Assembly: GCA_965649115.1 (NCBI GenBank)
Contig: CBFGJN010000009.1
Location: 1-44,313 of the forward strand
DNA length: 44,313 nt
DNA from: a candidate division WOR-3 bacterium
GTDB taxonomy: Bacteria > Hydrothermota > Hydrothermia > LBFQ01 > DSFT01
Reading direction: 5' to 3'
In this document: in pieces, positions 19,584-29,217 of the stretch
How positions within the stretch are numbered: the first letter of the stretch is position 1
Layout of the letters: every line of letters begins with the position of its first letter
Made by a program: the position numbers and the translations under genes
The notes under the pieces: generated by a model
Seen by the model: only the letters and a program-made list of their open reading frames with translations
Databases searched by the model: none
What the model was told of the DNA's origin: nothing

Positions 19584-20507
19584 TTAAAAGTTATTTTGAA
19601 TATATTCAACAGCAAGCGTTCCAGCATAAGCACCATCACTAACAGCAGTTGTTATTTGCCTTAAATGCTTACTTCTTAAATCACCTGCAACAAATAATCC
19701 TTCAACCTTAGTTTTTGTTGTTTCATCAGCAATTACAAAACCACTTTCATCATATTCAATTCCTTTAAAGTTTTTAAGTAGTTGATTTTGTGGAACCATT
19801 CCTATATAAATAAAAATTCCATCTAACTCTAATCTAAATAATTCATTTGTTTTAACATTTTCAATTAAAATTTCTCTAACTTTTCTATCGCCCCTTATTT
19901 CTTTAACAACACTATTTAAAATAAATTCAACATTTTTCTTTTCTTTAAGTTTTTGAACATAAAGAGGTTGTGCTCTAAATTGATCCCTTCTATGTATTAA
20001 ATATAATTTTGAAACGATATTGGAAAGATATAAACCTTCTGTAAATGCTGAATCTCCACCTCCTATGACAGCAACAACTTTATTTTTAAAAAATGCCCCA
20101 TCGCAAACTGCGCAATAAGAAACACCTCTTCCGTAAAATTCATTCTCTCCTGGAACATTTAGCTTCCTTGGACTTGCTCCCGTTGCCAATATAACAGCTT
20201 TTGATTTTAGAATTCTTTCATCTGAAAGTTTTATATAAAAAAATTTTCCTTCTTTCCATAAATCAATAGCTTCTGAATATTCAATTGGAACTTCAAATTT
20301 CATAACATGTTCAAGCATCTTTTGACTTAACTCAGAACCTTTTATTTCAATGAAACCTGTATAATTATCTACAATATCTGAAATAGCTACTTGACCACCT
20401 GGTGCGCCTTTCTCAATAATCAGAACTTTAAACATTGCTCTTGCGACATAGATACCTGCGGTAAATCCCGCCGGTCCTCCCCCAATTATAATTACATCAT
20501 ATTCCAT
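19584..20507 (-). CDS. trxB: Thioredoxin-disulfide reductase
   Basis: GGGPAG, GVSYCAVCDG, GGGDSA, HRRD, FVAGD. Confidence 0.96.
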   Translation of the reverse strand: MEYDVIIIGGGPAGFTAGIYVARAMFKVLIIEKGAPGGQVAISDIVDNYTGFIEIKGSELSQKMLEHVMKFEVPIEYSEAIDLWKEGKFFYIKLSDERILKSKAVILATGASPRKLNVPGENEFYGRGVSYCAVCDGAFFKNKVVAVIGGGDSAFTEGLYLSNIVSKLYLIHRRDQFRAQPLYVQKLKEKKNVEFILNSVVKEIRGDRKVREILIENVKTNELFRLELDGIFIYIGMVPQNQLLKNFKGIEYDESGFVIADETTKTKVEGLFVAGDLRSKHLRQITTAVSDGAYAGTLAVEYIQNNF

Positions 20508-20545
20508 AAGTATGATAATTTTAAAGTTTCTTGTTATATTCTTCG

Positions 20546-20652
20546 TGCTGTGTCCAAAAATTCTGGAATTATTTATTTTTCAAAAGCCTTCGGCTTTAAA
20601 ATACCCATTTTTTGCTTTGGGGGGCAGAGCCCCCCTATTACTAGACAAAGCA
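20546..20652 (+). mobile_element. MITE-like repeat, 107-bp deletion derivative with 8/9 flanking direct repeat
   Basis: TGCTGTGTCCAAAAATT ... ATTACTAGACAAAGCA; flanks TATTCTTCG (20537-20545) and TATTCTTTG (20653-20661). Confidence 0.82.
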
Positions 20653-20661
20653 TATTCTTTG

Positions 20662-20725
20662 GACTGTGTCCAATAATTCTAAAAATATATATCTTTCTAT
20701 ATTTTTAGAATTACTGGACATAGAA
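20662..20725. repeat. Foldback mini-element made of two element left ends
   Basis: CTGTGTCCAATAATTCTAAAAATATA ... TATATTTTTAGAATTACTGGACATAG, near-perfect inverted repeat. Confidence 0.8.
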
Positions 20726-20751
20726 ATTTTCTCATACTTTAAACTTTCAAA

Positions 20752-21138
20752 ATGAGATTTCTAATGTTAATAACTTTTCTACTTTCATGTGCTTTATTTA
20801 GTCAATCAAGTGAAAAAGTAGGCGATGAAAAAGAAATAACCGCAGGTCTTATAAAAAAAGAAATAAGAGTTGGATTATCAGGAGCAGATGTTATAAATAT
20901 CTTAGGGAGTCCAAATATTATAACAAGAGATAGTAAAGGCAAGGAAGTTTGGGTTTATGATAAAATTTATGCACAAGCAGAATGGACCAATTCATCTCAA
21001 TATGGAACAATTTTAATCCTTGGTTTTTTTAAAGAAACAAAAAAATTTAAAATTTCACAAAAAACATTAACTTTGATTATTACTTTCGATAATGAAGGAA
21101 AAGTTGAAAGTTTTTCTTATCACTATTCAAGGTTTTAG
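20752..21138 (+). CDS. Lipoprotein, SmpA/BamE-like domain
   Basis: Lipobox LLSC; IRVGLSGADVINILGSP..EVWVY..ITFDNEGKV. Confidence 0.7.
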   Translation: MRFLMLITFLLSCALFSQSSEKVGDEKEITAGLIKKEIRVGLSGADVINILGSPNIITRDSKGKEVWVYDKIYAQAEWTNSSQYGTILILGFFKETKKFKISQKTLTLIITFDNEGKVESFSYHYSRF

Positions 21139-21141
21139 ACT

Positions 21142-21750
21142 ATGAAAAGTTTGTTAAGATACTTAACAACTATTCTGTTTTTTAATGCTTGTGCCACTTC
21201 CACGCAGATGCCAAGGAGTCAATTGGAAATTAGAGAATTTCAAACAAAATATTTTGAAGTTAAAGATAAGATAATTATTACAAAGGCAATTATAAATGCT
21301 TTGCTTGATGAAGGATTTATTATTAATAACGCCAACAATGAACTTGGTATTATTACTGCTGAAAAAGGATACGAAATAAGCAAAAACTATGAAAGTGAAA
21401 AATCAAACAATATATTGGGTTTAATAATTGTGGGTACCGTTATTATTTTAACCCTAGGTTTAATTCTTTTAATTTCAAAAAATAAGGAATCAGATGGTAA
21501 TTCAAACAATAAAACAAATTATAACTCAAATGAAACAACTTATGAAAAAAATAAAATTATTCAAGCAACAATAAGTATAAGTGAATTTTCAAATGGATTT
21601 AAAGTCAGAGCAGTTTTCCAATCAAAAACCCTTAATAATAAAGGAGAAATAGTAAAAATTGAACAAATTGAAGATATAAATTTCTATCAAAAATTCTTTG
21701 AAAAACTTGACAAAAGTATATTTCTACAAAAAGAACTTGAAAGTAAGTGA
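21142..21750 (+). CDS. Lipoprotein of unknown function with an internal hydrophobic segment
   Basis: Lipobox FNAC; ILGLIIVGTVIILTLGLILLI segment. Confidence 0.65.
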   Translation: MKSLLRYLTTILFFNACATSTQMPRSQLEIREFQTKYFEVKDKIIITKAIINALLDEGFIINNANNELGIITAEKGYEISKNYESEKSNNILGLIIVGTVIILTLGLILLISKNKESDGNSNNKTNYNSNETTYEKNKIIQATISISEFSNGFKVRAVFQSKTLNNKGEIVKIEQIEDINFYQKFFEKLDKSIFLQKELESK

Positions 21751-21753
21751 AAT

Positions 21754-22881
21754 TTATCTAATAACTTCTAATTTTATTTTGCTTATATAATCACCTTCTT
21801 TACTTAAAATTGTAATTTTCAAATTTCCAATTTCAATTTCATCACCTTCCTGAATATCAGTGAAATTTTTTTCCATCAAAAATTGATTTAAATTCATATT
21901 AGGCTCACCAAGATGAATACCTGTCAATTCCTCTATTAGTCCTAAATCTATTGGCTTATCAATTATATAAACATTTTCAGAAATTTTTCTTATATTTGGA
22001 CTATATACATTGAATATATTTTTTAAAATTTCCTTTCTCGTTATAATCCCAAGAAAATTTCCAAACTCATCATAAACAACTGCAAATTTATAATTTTTTC
22101 TTAAAAATTCAAGTGCAGGAAATTTATCTATCAAAACAATGGGGTTTTTTACAAATTTGAAAATTTTATCATCTTTATTAGCATTTATTAAATCATTAAC
22201 ATCAACAATCCCAATAATATTCTCTTTTGAATGCTTATAAACAGGAAAAAATCTATAATTTGTTATTTTAAACAGCTCAATAACATCAGCAATTTTACTA
22301 TCATAACTAATCATTTGAACTTCGTTTTTTGGTTTTATAAATTTTCTAATATCGGATTTTATAAAGCTAATAATTTCTTGAATTATTAATGCTTTCTCTT
22401 GCCTCCAAAATTCCTTCTCAACTATGTATCTCAAAGGTAATAAAATATCTCTTGTTGCAATTATCCTTTCAGAAAACTTTGTTCTATTTTTAAAAAATTT
22501 CTCAAACAATTTAAAAAATGGATAAAATATATAACTTAAATACCAATAAATAGAACTTAAAAATCTATTGTAAAAAAATGTTGGATAATAAAATGCTATA
22601 CTTTTGGGAATTGTTTCACAAAAAATAAGAACAATAGAAGTGAATAAAAAAATTTCAAGAAAAGTTTTTAAACTTTCACTTATTTGAAACTTATCAATAA
22701 ATAGAGAAAAGAATATAGCACCAAAATTAATAGCAAAATTATTTACAAAGAGTGTCGTAGTTAAGAAAACATTGTCTTTTGAAAAATTCTGTAATTTTTC
22801 ATATTTTAAATATCCAGCTTCAATGCCTGAACTCAAAAACGCAATCAATAGCATTAAAAATACGAAAATTAAAATTTCCAT
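21754..22881 (-). CDS. CNNM (DUF21) + CBS domain protein, TlyC/CorC family
   Basis: LSSGIEAG, NN motif, IFCETIPKS, FPVY..NIIGIV, VVYDEFG. Confidence 0.85.
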   Translation of the reverse strand: MEILIFVFLMLLIAFLSSGIEAGYLKYEKLQNFSKDNVFLTTTLFVNNFAINFGAIFFSLFIDKFQISESLKTFLEIFLFTSIVLIFCETIPKSIAFYYPTFFYNRFLSSIYWYLSYIFYPFFKLFEKFFKNRTKFSERIIATRDILLPLRYIVEKEFWRQEKALIIQEIISFIKSDIRKFIKPKNEVQMISYDSKIADVIELFKITNYRFFPVYKHSKENIIGIVDVNDLINANKDDKIFKFVKNPIVLIDKFPALEFLRKNYKFAVVYDEFGNFLGIITRKEILKNIFNVYSPNIRKISENVYIIDKPIDLGLIEELTGIHLGEPNMNLNQFLMEKNFTDIQEGDEIEIGNLKITILSKEGDYISKIKLEVIR

Positions 22882-23255
22882 AATTTCATATATTTTTCTT
22901 GCTTATCAAACATTTCTTTTTCTTTACTTTTAATTTTATGTTCATAGCCCATTAAATGTAGCAGTCCATGAAGTGAATAAAATGCAACATAATAAGAAAA
23001 ATTTCCAAGCCTCTTAGCAAAATCAACATTAACATATATTTCTCCAATTTCATTAATTTGAAATGAAAGAACATCTGTCTTTTCATCTTTATTTAAAAAT
23101 TTTTTATTTAACTTTCTGATTTTATTATCATTTGTAAAAATTATAAAAATTTTTTTAACTTTAGAATTTTTTTCTTTTTTTAGAATAAAATTCAAAAAAT
23201 TTTTTAAAGCTTTTTTATATCCCTTTAAATTACAAGAACCATAAATTTCAATCAT
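22869..23255 (-). CDS. ybeY: rRNA maturation endoribonuclease YbeY
   Basis: LNKKFL..TDVLSF, GEIYV, HGLLHLMGYEH. Confidence 0.95.
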   Translation of the reverse strand: MIEIYGSCNLKGYKKALKNFLNFILKKEKNSKVKKIFIIFTNDNKIRKLNKKFLNKDEKTDVLSFQINEIGEIYVNVDFAKRLGNFSYYVAFYSLHGLLHLMGYEHKIKSKEKEMFDKQEKYMKLWKF

Positions 23256-25131
23256 ATGAAACTCTTGGATGATATATGCTTTCTAAAACTTTTATAAAAA
23301 CCTCTTCAATTTTCTCTAAGTCTTTCCTTTTTAAGTCAGTCAATTCAAGATAACCACCTTCCCATCTATCATTTATAATACCTCTAACAATTCTTTTAAT
23401 ACTTTCCTTATCTTTTTCTTTTAAACTTCTAACACTTGCTTCAACAGAATCTGCAAGCATTACAATAGCTTCCTCCTTCGTCCTAGGATTAGGTCCTGGA
23501 TATTGAAAGAGTCTTTTATCAATATCAGGATTTTCAAGTATAGCTTTTTTATAAAATGGCTCTAAAATTGTTGTGCCATGATGAGTTTTAATGATGTTTA
23601 TAATAGCATTTGGAAGTCCATATTTTTTAGCAAGTTTAACGCCATTTTCAACATGAGAAATTATTATTTTAGCACTTTCTATTGGATTTAATTCATCATG
23701 AGGATTATAACCAGTTTGATTTTCAATGAAGTACTGAGGGTTTTCTATCTTACCAATATCATGAAAATATGCTCCAACCTTACATAACAATGCATTAGCT
23801 GACAATTCTTCTGCTGCCTCTTGTGCTAAAATAGAGACATTGATTGAATGATTGTAAGTTCCAGGTGCCTTTTCTCTCAACATTTTAATTAATGGATGCT
23901 CTAAACTCGCAATGTCAAGAAGATTAAATGTAGTTGTCAATCTTGTTGTTTTCTCTATGATATAAATTACAATAGCACAAAGACTAAAAGAAACTATTAT
24001 TGAACTTAAAATTTCAAGAATTTCTTGTAGGTTTGGAATTTCTTGTTTTAATGAAAAAAGAACTAAAATGGCTATTGGTATTAAAATAATTGAAAAGAGA
24101 ACAATTTCAAATCTTCGTTTTATAAAATTTGAAACAAAAACTGAAAATATTGAAATTACCAAACTATATACAAATGCAGAAAAATTCAAATCATAATATA
24201 TTCCAAGAATAATTGAAGAAGTTGTTGCAAAGTTTATCGCTATGCTCTTTGGAATTATAAATGATAATAAAAGACTAAAAAATGGAGAAAAATTAAAAGA
24301 AAAATTAAATCCATAATTTACTAAAAAGCTATGTAGAATAGAAAAGAAAATAATTGACATATTTAGGATAATATTATTTGAAAGCGAAGGTTTTTTCCTT
24401 GTTATATTTAATCCTGCCCAAATAAAAAATAAAACAGATACTAAAATAAAAACAAAAAATTTATTTCTACCTCCATAAATTGCTTTAATTTTCTCATATG
24501 TTTCCTTATCAACAATATCACCTCTTTTTACTATTAATTCTCCTTTATTAATTTCAAATTTTTCTTTTTTAATCGTTTTTAAGGCGCTTCTTCTGTTTTC
24601 ATTTGTAATTCTTAAATCAAGTTTCAAGTTTGGTTTTAAATTTTCAAGTAAAAATAATTTTATTTTTTGAAGTGAATCAGGATAAATTAAATTGATTTTT
24701 GAAACAATTTCATCATAAGCCTTTGAAAATGAGTATATTGAATTTTTATTTTTCTCATATATTTCACCATTTATATAAATTGCTACTTTCTCGGAAGGGT
24801 CATCTTGTAAAATTCTGTAATCTTCATCTGAAATTATACCAAACTTTTGAATTCTTTCAATTTCATCAGCCAAAATACTCTCAAAACGACTTTTACTATT
24901 TTTGTACATTCTTGACTCATCATAAATAAGAACGGGAAATGTTCTTGAAATAACATTTAAGCTTTCAGCTTTTAATTCTTCCTTACTTTTAAAAACTTTT
25001 ACATTATAAGGAGAATAAATATCAAAATTTGACCTTTCATTTAATTTTACATTATTATAAGGGTTAGGAACAAAAATTGAACAAATAATTGCAGATAGAA
25101 AAAATAGTAGAAAACTAACTATATTTTTCAT
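23248..25131 (-). CDS. 7TM-HDIG phosphohydrolase (PgpH/YqfF-like); start likely ATG 25131
   Basis: [35 protein letters not shown]; multi-TM; lies between phoH and ybeY. Confidence 0.92.
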   Translation of the reverse strand: MKNIVSFLLFFLSAIICSIFVPNPYNNVKLNERSNFDIYSPYNVKVFKSKEELKAESLNVISRTFPVLIYDESRMYKNSKSRFESILADEIERIQKFGIISDEDYRILQDDPSEKVAIYINGEIYEKNKNSIYSFSKAYDEIVSKINLIYPDSLQKIKLFLLENLKPNLKLDLRITNENRRSALKTIKKEKFEINKGELIVKRGDIVDKETYEKIKAIYGGRNKFFVFILVSVLFFIWAGLNITRKKPSLSNNIILNMSIIFFSILHSFLVNYGFNFSFNFSPFFSLLLSFIIPKSIAINFATTSSIILGIYYDLNFSAFVYSLVISIFSVFVSNFIKRRFEIVLFSIILIPIAILVLFSLKQEIPNLQEILEILSSIIVSFSLCAIVIYIIEKTTRLTTTFNLLDIASLEHPLIKMLREKAPGTYNHSINVSILAQEAAEELSANALLCKVGAYFHDIGKIENPQYFIENQTGYNPHDELNPIESAKIIISHVENGVKLAKKYGLPNAIINIIKTHHGTTILEPFYKKAILENPDIDKRLFQYPGPNPRTKEEAIVMLADSVEASVRSLKEKDKESIKRIVRGIINDRWEGGYLELTDLKRKDLEKIEEVFIKVLESIYHPRVSYD

Positions 25132-26041
25132 AAGCTTCAATAATAAGTCTAACGAGAGGATGTCTTACGACATCTTCCTTATTAAATTCTACAAATTCAA
25201 TTCCAGGAATACCTTTTAAAATTCTTCTTGCTACTACAAGACCTGATTCTTTATTTTTTGGCAAGTCAATTTGTGTAATATCACCCGTTATTACAACTTT
25301 TGAACGCATACCTATTCTCGTTAAAAACATTTTCATTTGTCCATTAGTAGTGTTTTGTGCTTCATCAAGAATAATAAAAGCTTCTGAAAGTGTTCTGCCC
25401 CTCATGTAAGCAAGAGGAGCTATTTCTACTACTCTTGATTCTATTAATTTTTGAACTTTTTCGGCAGGTAAAAGATTAAATAAAGCGTCATAAAGTGGTG
25501 TTAAATAAGGTGATATTTTTTCTTCAAAGGTTCCAGGTAGGTATCCTAAGCTTTCTCCCGCTTCAACAGCTGGCCTTGTTAAAATAATTCTTTCTACTCT
25601 TTCTTCTTTTAAATACTTAACTGCCATTGCAACGGCTAAAAATGTTTTTCCTGTTCCCGCTGGTCCTATACCAAAAACAATATCATTTTCTTCAATAGCT
25701 TTTATATATTTCAATTGATTTGGTGTATGTGGTATAACCTTCTTCTTAGGTGTTATAATTTCATAAGTTTCAAATTTACCTATTTTTTTTCTTGCTTTCT
25801 GAACAGTTTCTATAACATCAATTTCCTCAATTTTATTTAGTTTGTGATAACTATTTATCAGCATTTTTATAACCATTTCAAATTCATATATATCTTCTTC
25901 ATTTCCTTCTGCGACAATGTTTAAATCATCAGTCCATATTTTCAAATTTGGAAAGAATTTTCTTAATGACTTTAAATTCGTATCATTATATCCTACAAAT
26001 TTTTGAATATCAATATCCTTTAAGCTAATTTCTAACTTCAC
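25115..26041 (-). CDS. phoH: PhoH-like ATPase
   Basis: [43 protein letters not shown]. Confidence 0.95.
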   Translation of the reverse strand: MKLEISLKDIDIQKFVGYNDTNLKSLRKFFPNLKIWTDDLNIVAEGNEEDIYEFEMVIKMLINSYHKLNKIEEIDVIETVQKARKKIGKFETYEIITPKKKVIPHTPNQLKYIKAIEENDIVFGIGPAGTGKTFLAVAMAVKYLKEERVERIILTRPAVEAGESLGYLPGTFEEKISPYLTPLYDALFNLLPAEKVQKLIESRVVEIAPLAYMRGRTLSEAFIILDEAQNTTNGQMKMFLTRIGMRSKVVITGDITQIDLPKNKESGLVVARRILKGIPGIEFVEFNKEDVVRHPLVRLIIEAYEKYS

Positions 26042-26427
26042 TCTGAAATTTTCTTAATATACTCAATTATTGCTTTTGCTTCTTCTATACTAACATTTTG
26101 ATTTGGCATAGGTGTTCCATATTCTTTTAATAATCTTTGGGCTTCTTTATCATATTTTAACATTGAATCAGGTTTTGTAATCATAGCAATTAACCATTCT
26201 TCACTTCTTTCTTTGTGAATATTTTTTAGACCAGGTCCTACAAGTTTTACATTCCTTTCTTTATCAGGATAATGACATGCTAGACAACCTTTTGTTTTAA
26301 AAAGTTCTTCACCCTTTTTAGCTAAATCAACTTGTTCGGTTCTCATTTCAGGAGCTTGTTTTTTTTCTTCTTTACTTCCCCCACAAGCTAAAAGTAAAAG
26401 CATTATTAAAATAGTTATGTTTTTCAT
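26038..26427 (-). CDS. Monoheme cytochrome c lipoprotein (true start ATG 26427)
   Basis: [15 protein letters not shown] lipobox; CLACH; VGPGL; distal PMP Met; the longer ORF runs through the tRNA. Confidence 0.9.
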   Translation of the reverse strand: MKNITILIMLLLLACGGSKEEKKQAPEMRTEQVDLAKKGEELFKTKGCLACHYPDKERNVKLVGPGLKNIHKERSEEWLIAMITKPDSMLKYDKEAQRLLKEYGTPMPNQNVSIEEAKAIIEYIKKISE

Positions 26428-26441
26428 ATCTAAAATTTTAA

Positions 26442-26514
26442 AGCGGGCGACGGGATTTGAACCCGCGACCCCCAGCTTGGGAAGCTGGCGCTCTACCAAC
26501 TGAGCTACGCCCGC
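26442..26514 (-). tRNA. tRNA-Gly(CCC)
   Basis: Minus strand GCGGGCG..TAGCTCAGTTGGTAGAGC..CCAGC-TTCCCAA-GCTGG..GGTTCAAATCC..CGCCCGCT; CCA not encoded. Confidence 0.97.
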
Positions 26515-27230
26515 TCAAGACCATATATAAAGAATTTGGCTCCTCCAACAGTTTCAGTTTCTACAAGAACAACATAAATTTTATTTTCTTTCCTTTGAAT
26601 GTACAAGGTCAAACCTTTTAACTTGAGATGAAAACTATCAAAACCATTTAAATCTAATCCTAAAATTGACCATAGATTTGATATTGTTTCAATAAGTTTA
26701 TTAATGTTAGGTTTATAATCAGTTTCCTTTGAAATCATAAATTTTTCAACTTTTCCATCTGATAAAACAATAGCCATTCTAACACCTTTTATATCTGAAA
26801 TTTTCGTTTTTGGTTCTTCTTCTGCTAAACTAAAAGCAAGCTCCCTTAATTCTTTTTCAAGACTTTCATCTACGGGTTTAATTTTTTCAACCTCTTCAAC
26901 TTCTTCTCCGCCAGACAACAAATTCATTAACATTTCAAGCTCTTTTTCCAAATCATCACCAACACCCTCACTCTTAAATTCTTCAATTGAAAATTCAGGA
27001 ATTTCAATAACTTCCTCCTTAAACTCAGAGATTTTGGACATAACATTAGGAAATGTTGATAGCAGTTTATTCACAATATCAATATCAAAAGGTGTATTTT
27101 CATTTATGGATTTTACATCAATGCCAGAGATTTCTGACCAATAGGTTATAGCTTTTTGAATAGCAGATTCATCCAATCCTTTACTTTTCATTTCCTCAAT
27201 AGCATTATCTATTATAAGTTTAACTTCCAT
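26505..27230 (-). CDS. Hypothetical protein with acidic linker and C-terminal Roadblock/LC7-like domain
   Basis: ISDIKGVRMAIVLSDGK..helix..three beta strands..helix pattern; Glu-rich middle. Confidence 0.6.
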   Translation of the reverse strand: MEVKLIIDNAIEEMKSKGLDESAIQKAITYWSEISGIDVKSINENTPFDIDIVNKLLSTFPNVMSKISEFKEEVIEIPEFSIEEFKSEGVGDDLEKELEMLMNLLSGGEEVEEVEKIKPVDESLEKELRELAFSLAEEEPKTKISDIKGVRMAIVLSDGKVEKFMISKETDYKPNINKLIETISNLWSILGLDLNGFDSFHLKLKGLTLYIQRKENKIYVVLVETETVGGAKFFIYGLERA

Positions 27231-27259
27231 AATTTGAAAATTTTAAAGGATAATTTTTG

Positions 27260-27365
27260 TGCTTTGTGCATTGTCTAGCAATTCGGGAATTATATTTATT
27301 TCTTTATTTTTCCCACCCACACTACAAAATAAGCCTTCCCGCTTAAATTCCCCCGAAAAATCTAT
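27260..27365 (+). repeat. Partial MITE-like repeat (left part)
   Basis: TGCATTGTCTAGCAATTC, CCCACCCACACT 27312-27323, AATAAGCCTTCC, TTAAATTCCCCC. Confidence 0.75.
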
Positions 27366-27382
27366 AAATATTAAATAAAAAT

Positions 27383-29101
27383 TCAATAACCAAAGTATTC
27401 TAAAAATGTCCATTTATCTTTTAATCTACGTAGTAATTTTTGGGGTTTTGGGAAATTTCTGTTTTTCATAAATTCTAATAAATCTAAATAAAATGGACAA
27501 TTAACATAAATAAAGTTATTTTTAATTTTTAAAATCCTATAACCAAGTCTATAATTTATAGAATAAATCAGACTTTTTATATTTTTGCTTATATATTCAC
27601 TTCTTAAAGCACCTATTCCAACTTTACCACCTAACAACAAAATATAAACCAAAAGTGCTATCCATCTAAAAGCACCTGCTATATTAAATTTCTTTGAATT
27701 CACTTTTAAAAATGGTTTTCTATACAACAGATAAATGCCTATAAATTTTAATTGTCTTAATTTCAAAATTTTTAAGACATTTTTAAATTCAAGATATTTT
27801 GATAAATGCCTTACTGATTTATTCAAAAGAATAGAATATAAGTGAAGATTATATAAATTACCATATCTTCTTGCTACTTCTACTGCTCTTTTTATATTAC
27901 CCTTAACAAGGTATTTTAAAATTAATTCTTGTTTTCTATATTTTGAAAGATTATCAAAATTGCCTTCACCTATTGCCCTTAATGTCTTCGTCTTACAACT
28001 TCTTAAAATTTTTTTTGAATTTTCAAAATCACCATCAATAGCATATTTTAAAGCCTTAACAACATTTAAGTTCTCCGACGATGATTTCATATAATTTATA
28101 TCATTTTCAACTTTTTTAGTAAATGTTTCAAAATTGTAAAGTTTGCCCAGAAACAATTGAGATATTGCTACATTACATTCAATAACAATTTTATTGCCTC
28201 TCAGAACTGAATTATAGTTTTTTATACTTTTAAGATAATTTTTATAATTTCCTGTTGAAAATTCATAGGCTATATCATCAAAATAGTTTTTTGATTTATA
28301 AACATAACCCATATTATAAAGCAATATGTTCATAACCTCTCTTAAAGCCTCATCTTCAATTTTAAATGACTTTAATTTTCTTAAAGCCTTAATAGCAATT
28401 TCAGGATATTGAGATTGGATATTAGCAAATGATAAATAAAAATTTCTCCTGTTTTCTTTTGGAAGATGTTCAATTTCTTTAATGTATTTTTCGTATATTT
28501 GCTTTACAATATCAAATTCCAACAAAACAGAATGAAGATAAATCTTCGCTTCAAGTAAAATATAGAAACTAAATTTGTTTTTTCTACTTTCAAGCATTTT
28601 ATCAATTTTTTCAAGATAAATTCGTTTTTCCTCATTAGTTAATTTGAAATTTTCAGATAATCCTATAATTTTTTCAACAAAATTATCTTCATCTAAATAA
28701 TTATCAGGAATTTTTTCTAATAAATGAAAGTACTTACTTTCAAATTTATAAAATTTTACAATTTTTTTAATTTCGTCAAATTTCCCATCTTCAATTAACA
28801 TTTCAATTAATTTTGCAGTTCTATCGTCAATTGATTTTTTCTTCAATTTGTAATGAATTTTTGATAAGGAAGTTATTATGTTATACTTCTCCTTTAAGTA
28901 ATTCTGAAAATCTTTCAATTTAAAAAATGGATTATTTTCTCTTATTTCAAATAATAATTCCTTTAATTTATCAATTTTAAAAAAACCCTCCCTTTTAATT
29001 TTCATAACTTTATTTGGTGAGCACTTATAAACTTTACAAATTTCACGAATTTTTTTACCATTCTTTAACGATTTTTCAATTAAATAATTTTTTGTTATCA
29101 T
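27383..29101 (-). CDS. Putative DNA-binding regulator: transposase-like HTH pair + helical/TPR-like region + C-terminal wHTH
   Basis: KIREICKVYKCSPNKVMK; LKEKYNIITSLSKIHYKLKK; C-terminal LLVYILL..IKSLIYSINYRLG..LDLLEF. Confidence 0.6.
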   Translation of the reverse strand: MITKNYLIEKSLKNGKKIREICKVYKCSPNKVMKIKREGFFKIDKLKELLFEIRENNPFFKLKDFQNYLKEKYNIITSLSKIHYKLKKKSIDDRTAKLIEMLIEDGKFDEIKKIVKFYKFESKYFHLLEKIPDNYLDEDNFVEKIIGLSENFKLTNEEKRIYLEKIDKMLESRKNKFSFYILLEAKIYLHSVLLEFDIVKQIYEKYIKEIEHLPKENRRNFYLSFANIQSQYPEIAIKALRKLKSFKIEDEALREVMNILLYNMGYVYKSKNYFDDIAYEFSTGNYKNYLKSIKNYNSVLRGNKIVIECNVAISQLFLGKLYNFETFTKKVENDINYMKSSSENLNVVKALKYAIDGDFENSKKILRSCKTKTLRAIGEGNFDNLSKYRKQELILKYLVKGNIKRAVEVARRYGNLYNLHLYSILLNKSVRHLSKYLEFKNVLKILKLRQLKFIGIYLLYRKPFLKVNSKKFNIAGAFRWIALLVYILLLGGKVGIGALRSEYISKNIKSLIYSINYRLGYRILKIKNNFIYVNCPFYLDLLEFMKNRNFPKPQKLLRRLKDKWTFLEYFGY

Positions 29102-29147
29102 ATTTTTGAAAATTTTAAAGTTTTGTTAAAAAAATTCAAAAATTATT

Positions 29148-29174
29148 ATAAGTTATTGACTATCAATAATTTAT
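29148..29174. promoter_or_regulatory. 27-bp palindrome containing an IHF-consensus site in a divergent promoter region
   Basis: ATAAGTTATTGA-CTA-TCAATAATTTAT; TATCAATAATTTA at 29161-29173. Confidence 0.55.
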
Positions 29175-29217
29175 TTTTAACAAACTTAATTTTAGATATA
29201 ATAAACTTTCAAGCACT

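Noticed and set aside
26428..26499. N-terminal extension of the cytochrome c ORF (MVERQLPKLGVAGSNPVARF)
   Set aside because: It is a read-through translation of tRNA-Gly; the ATG at 26427 gives a proper lipoprotein signal.
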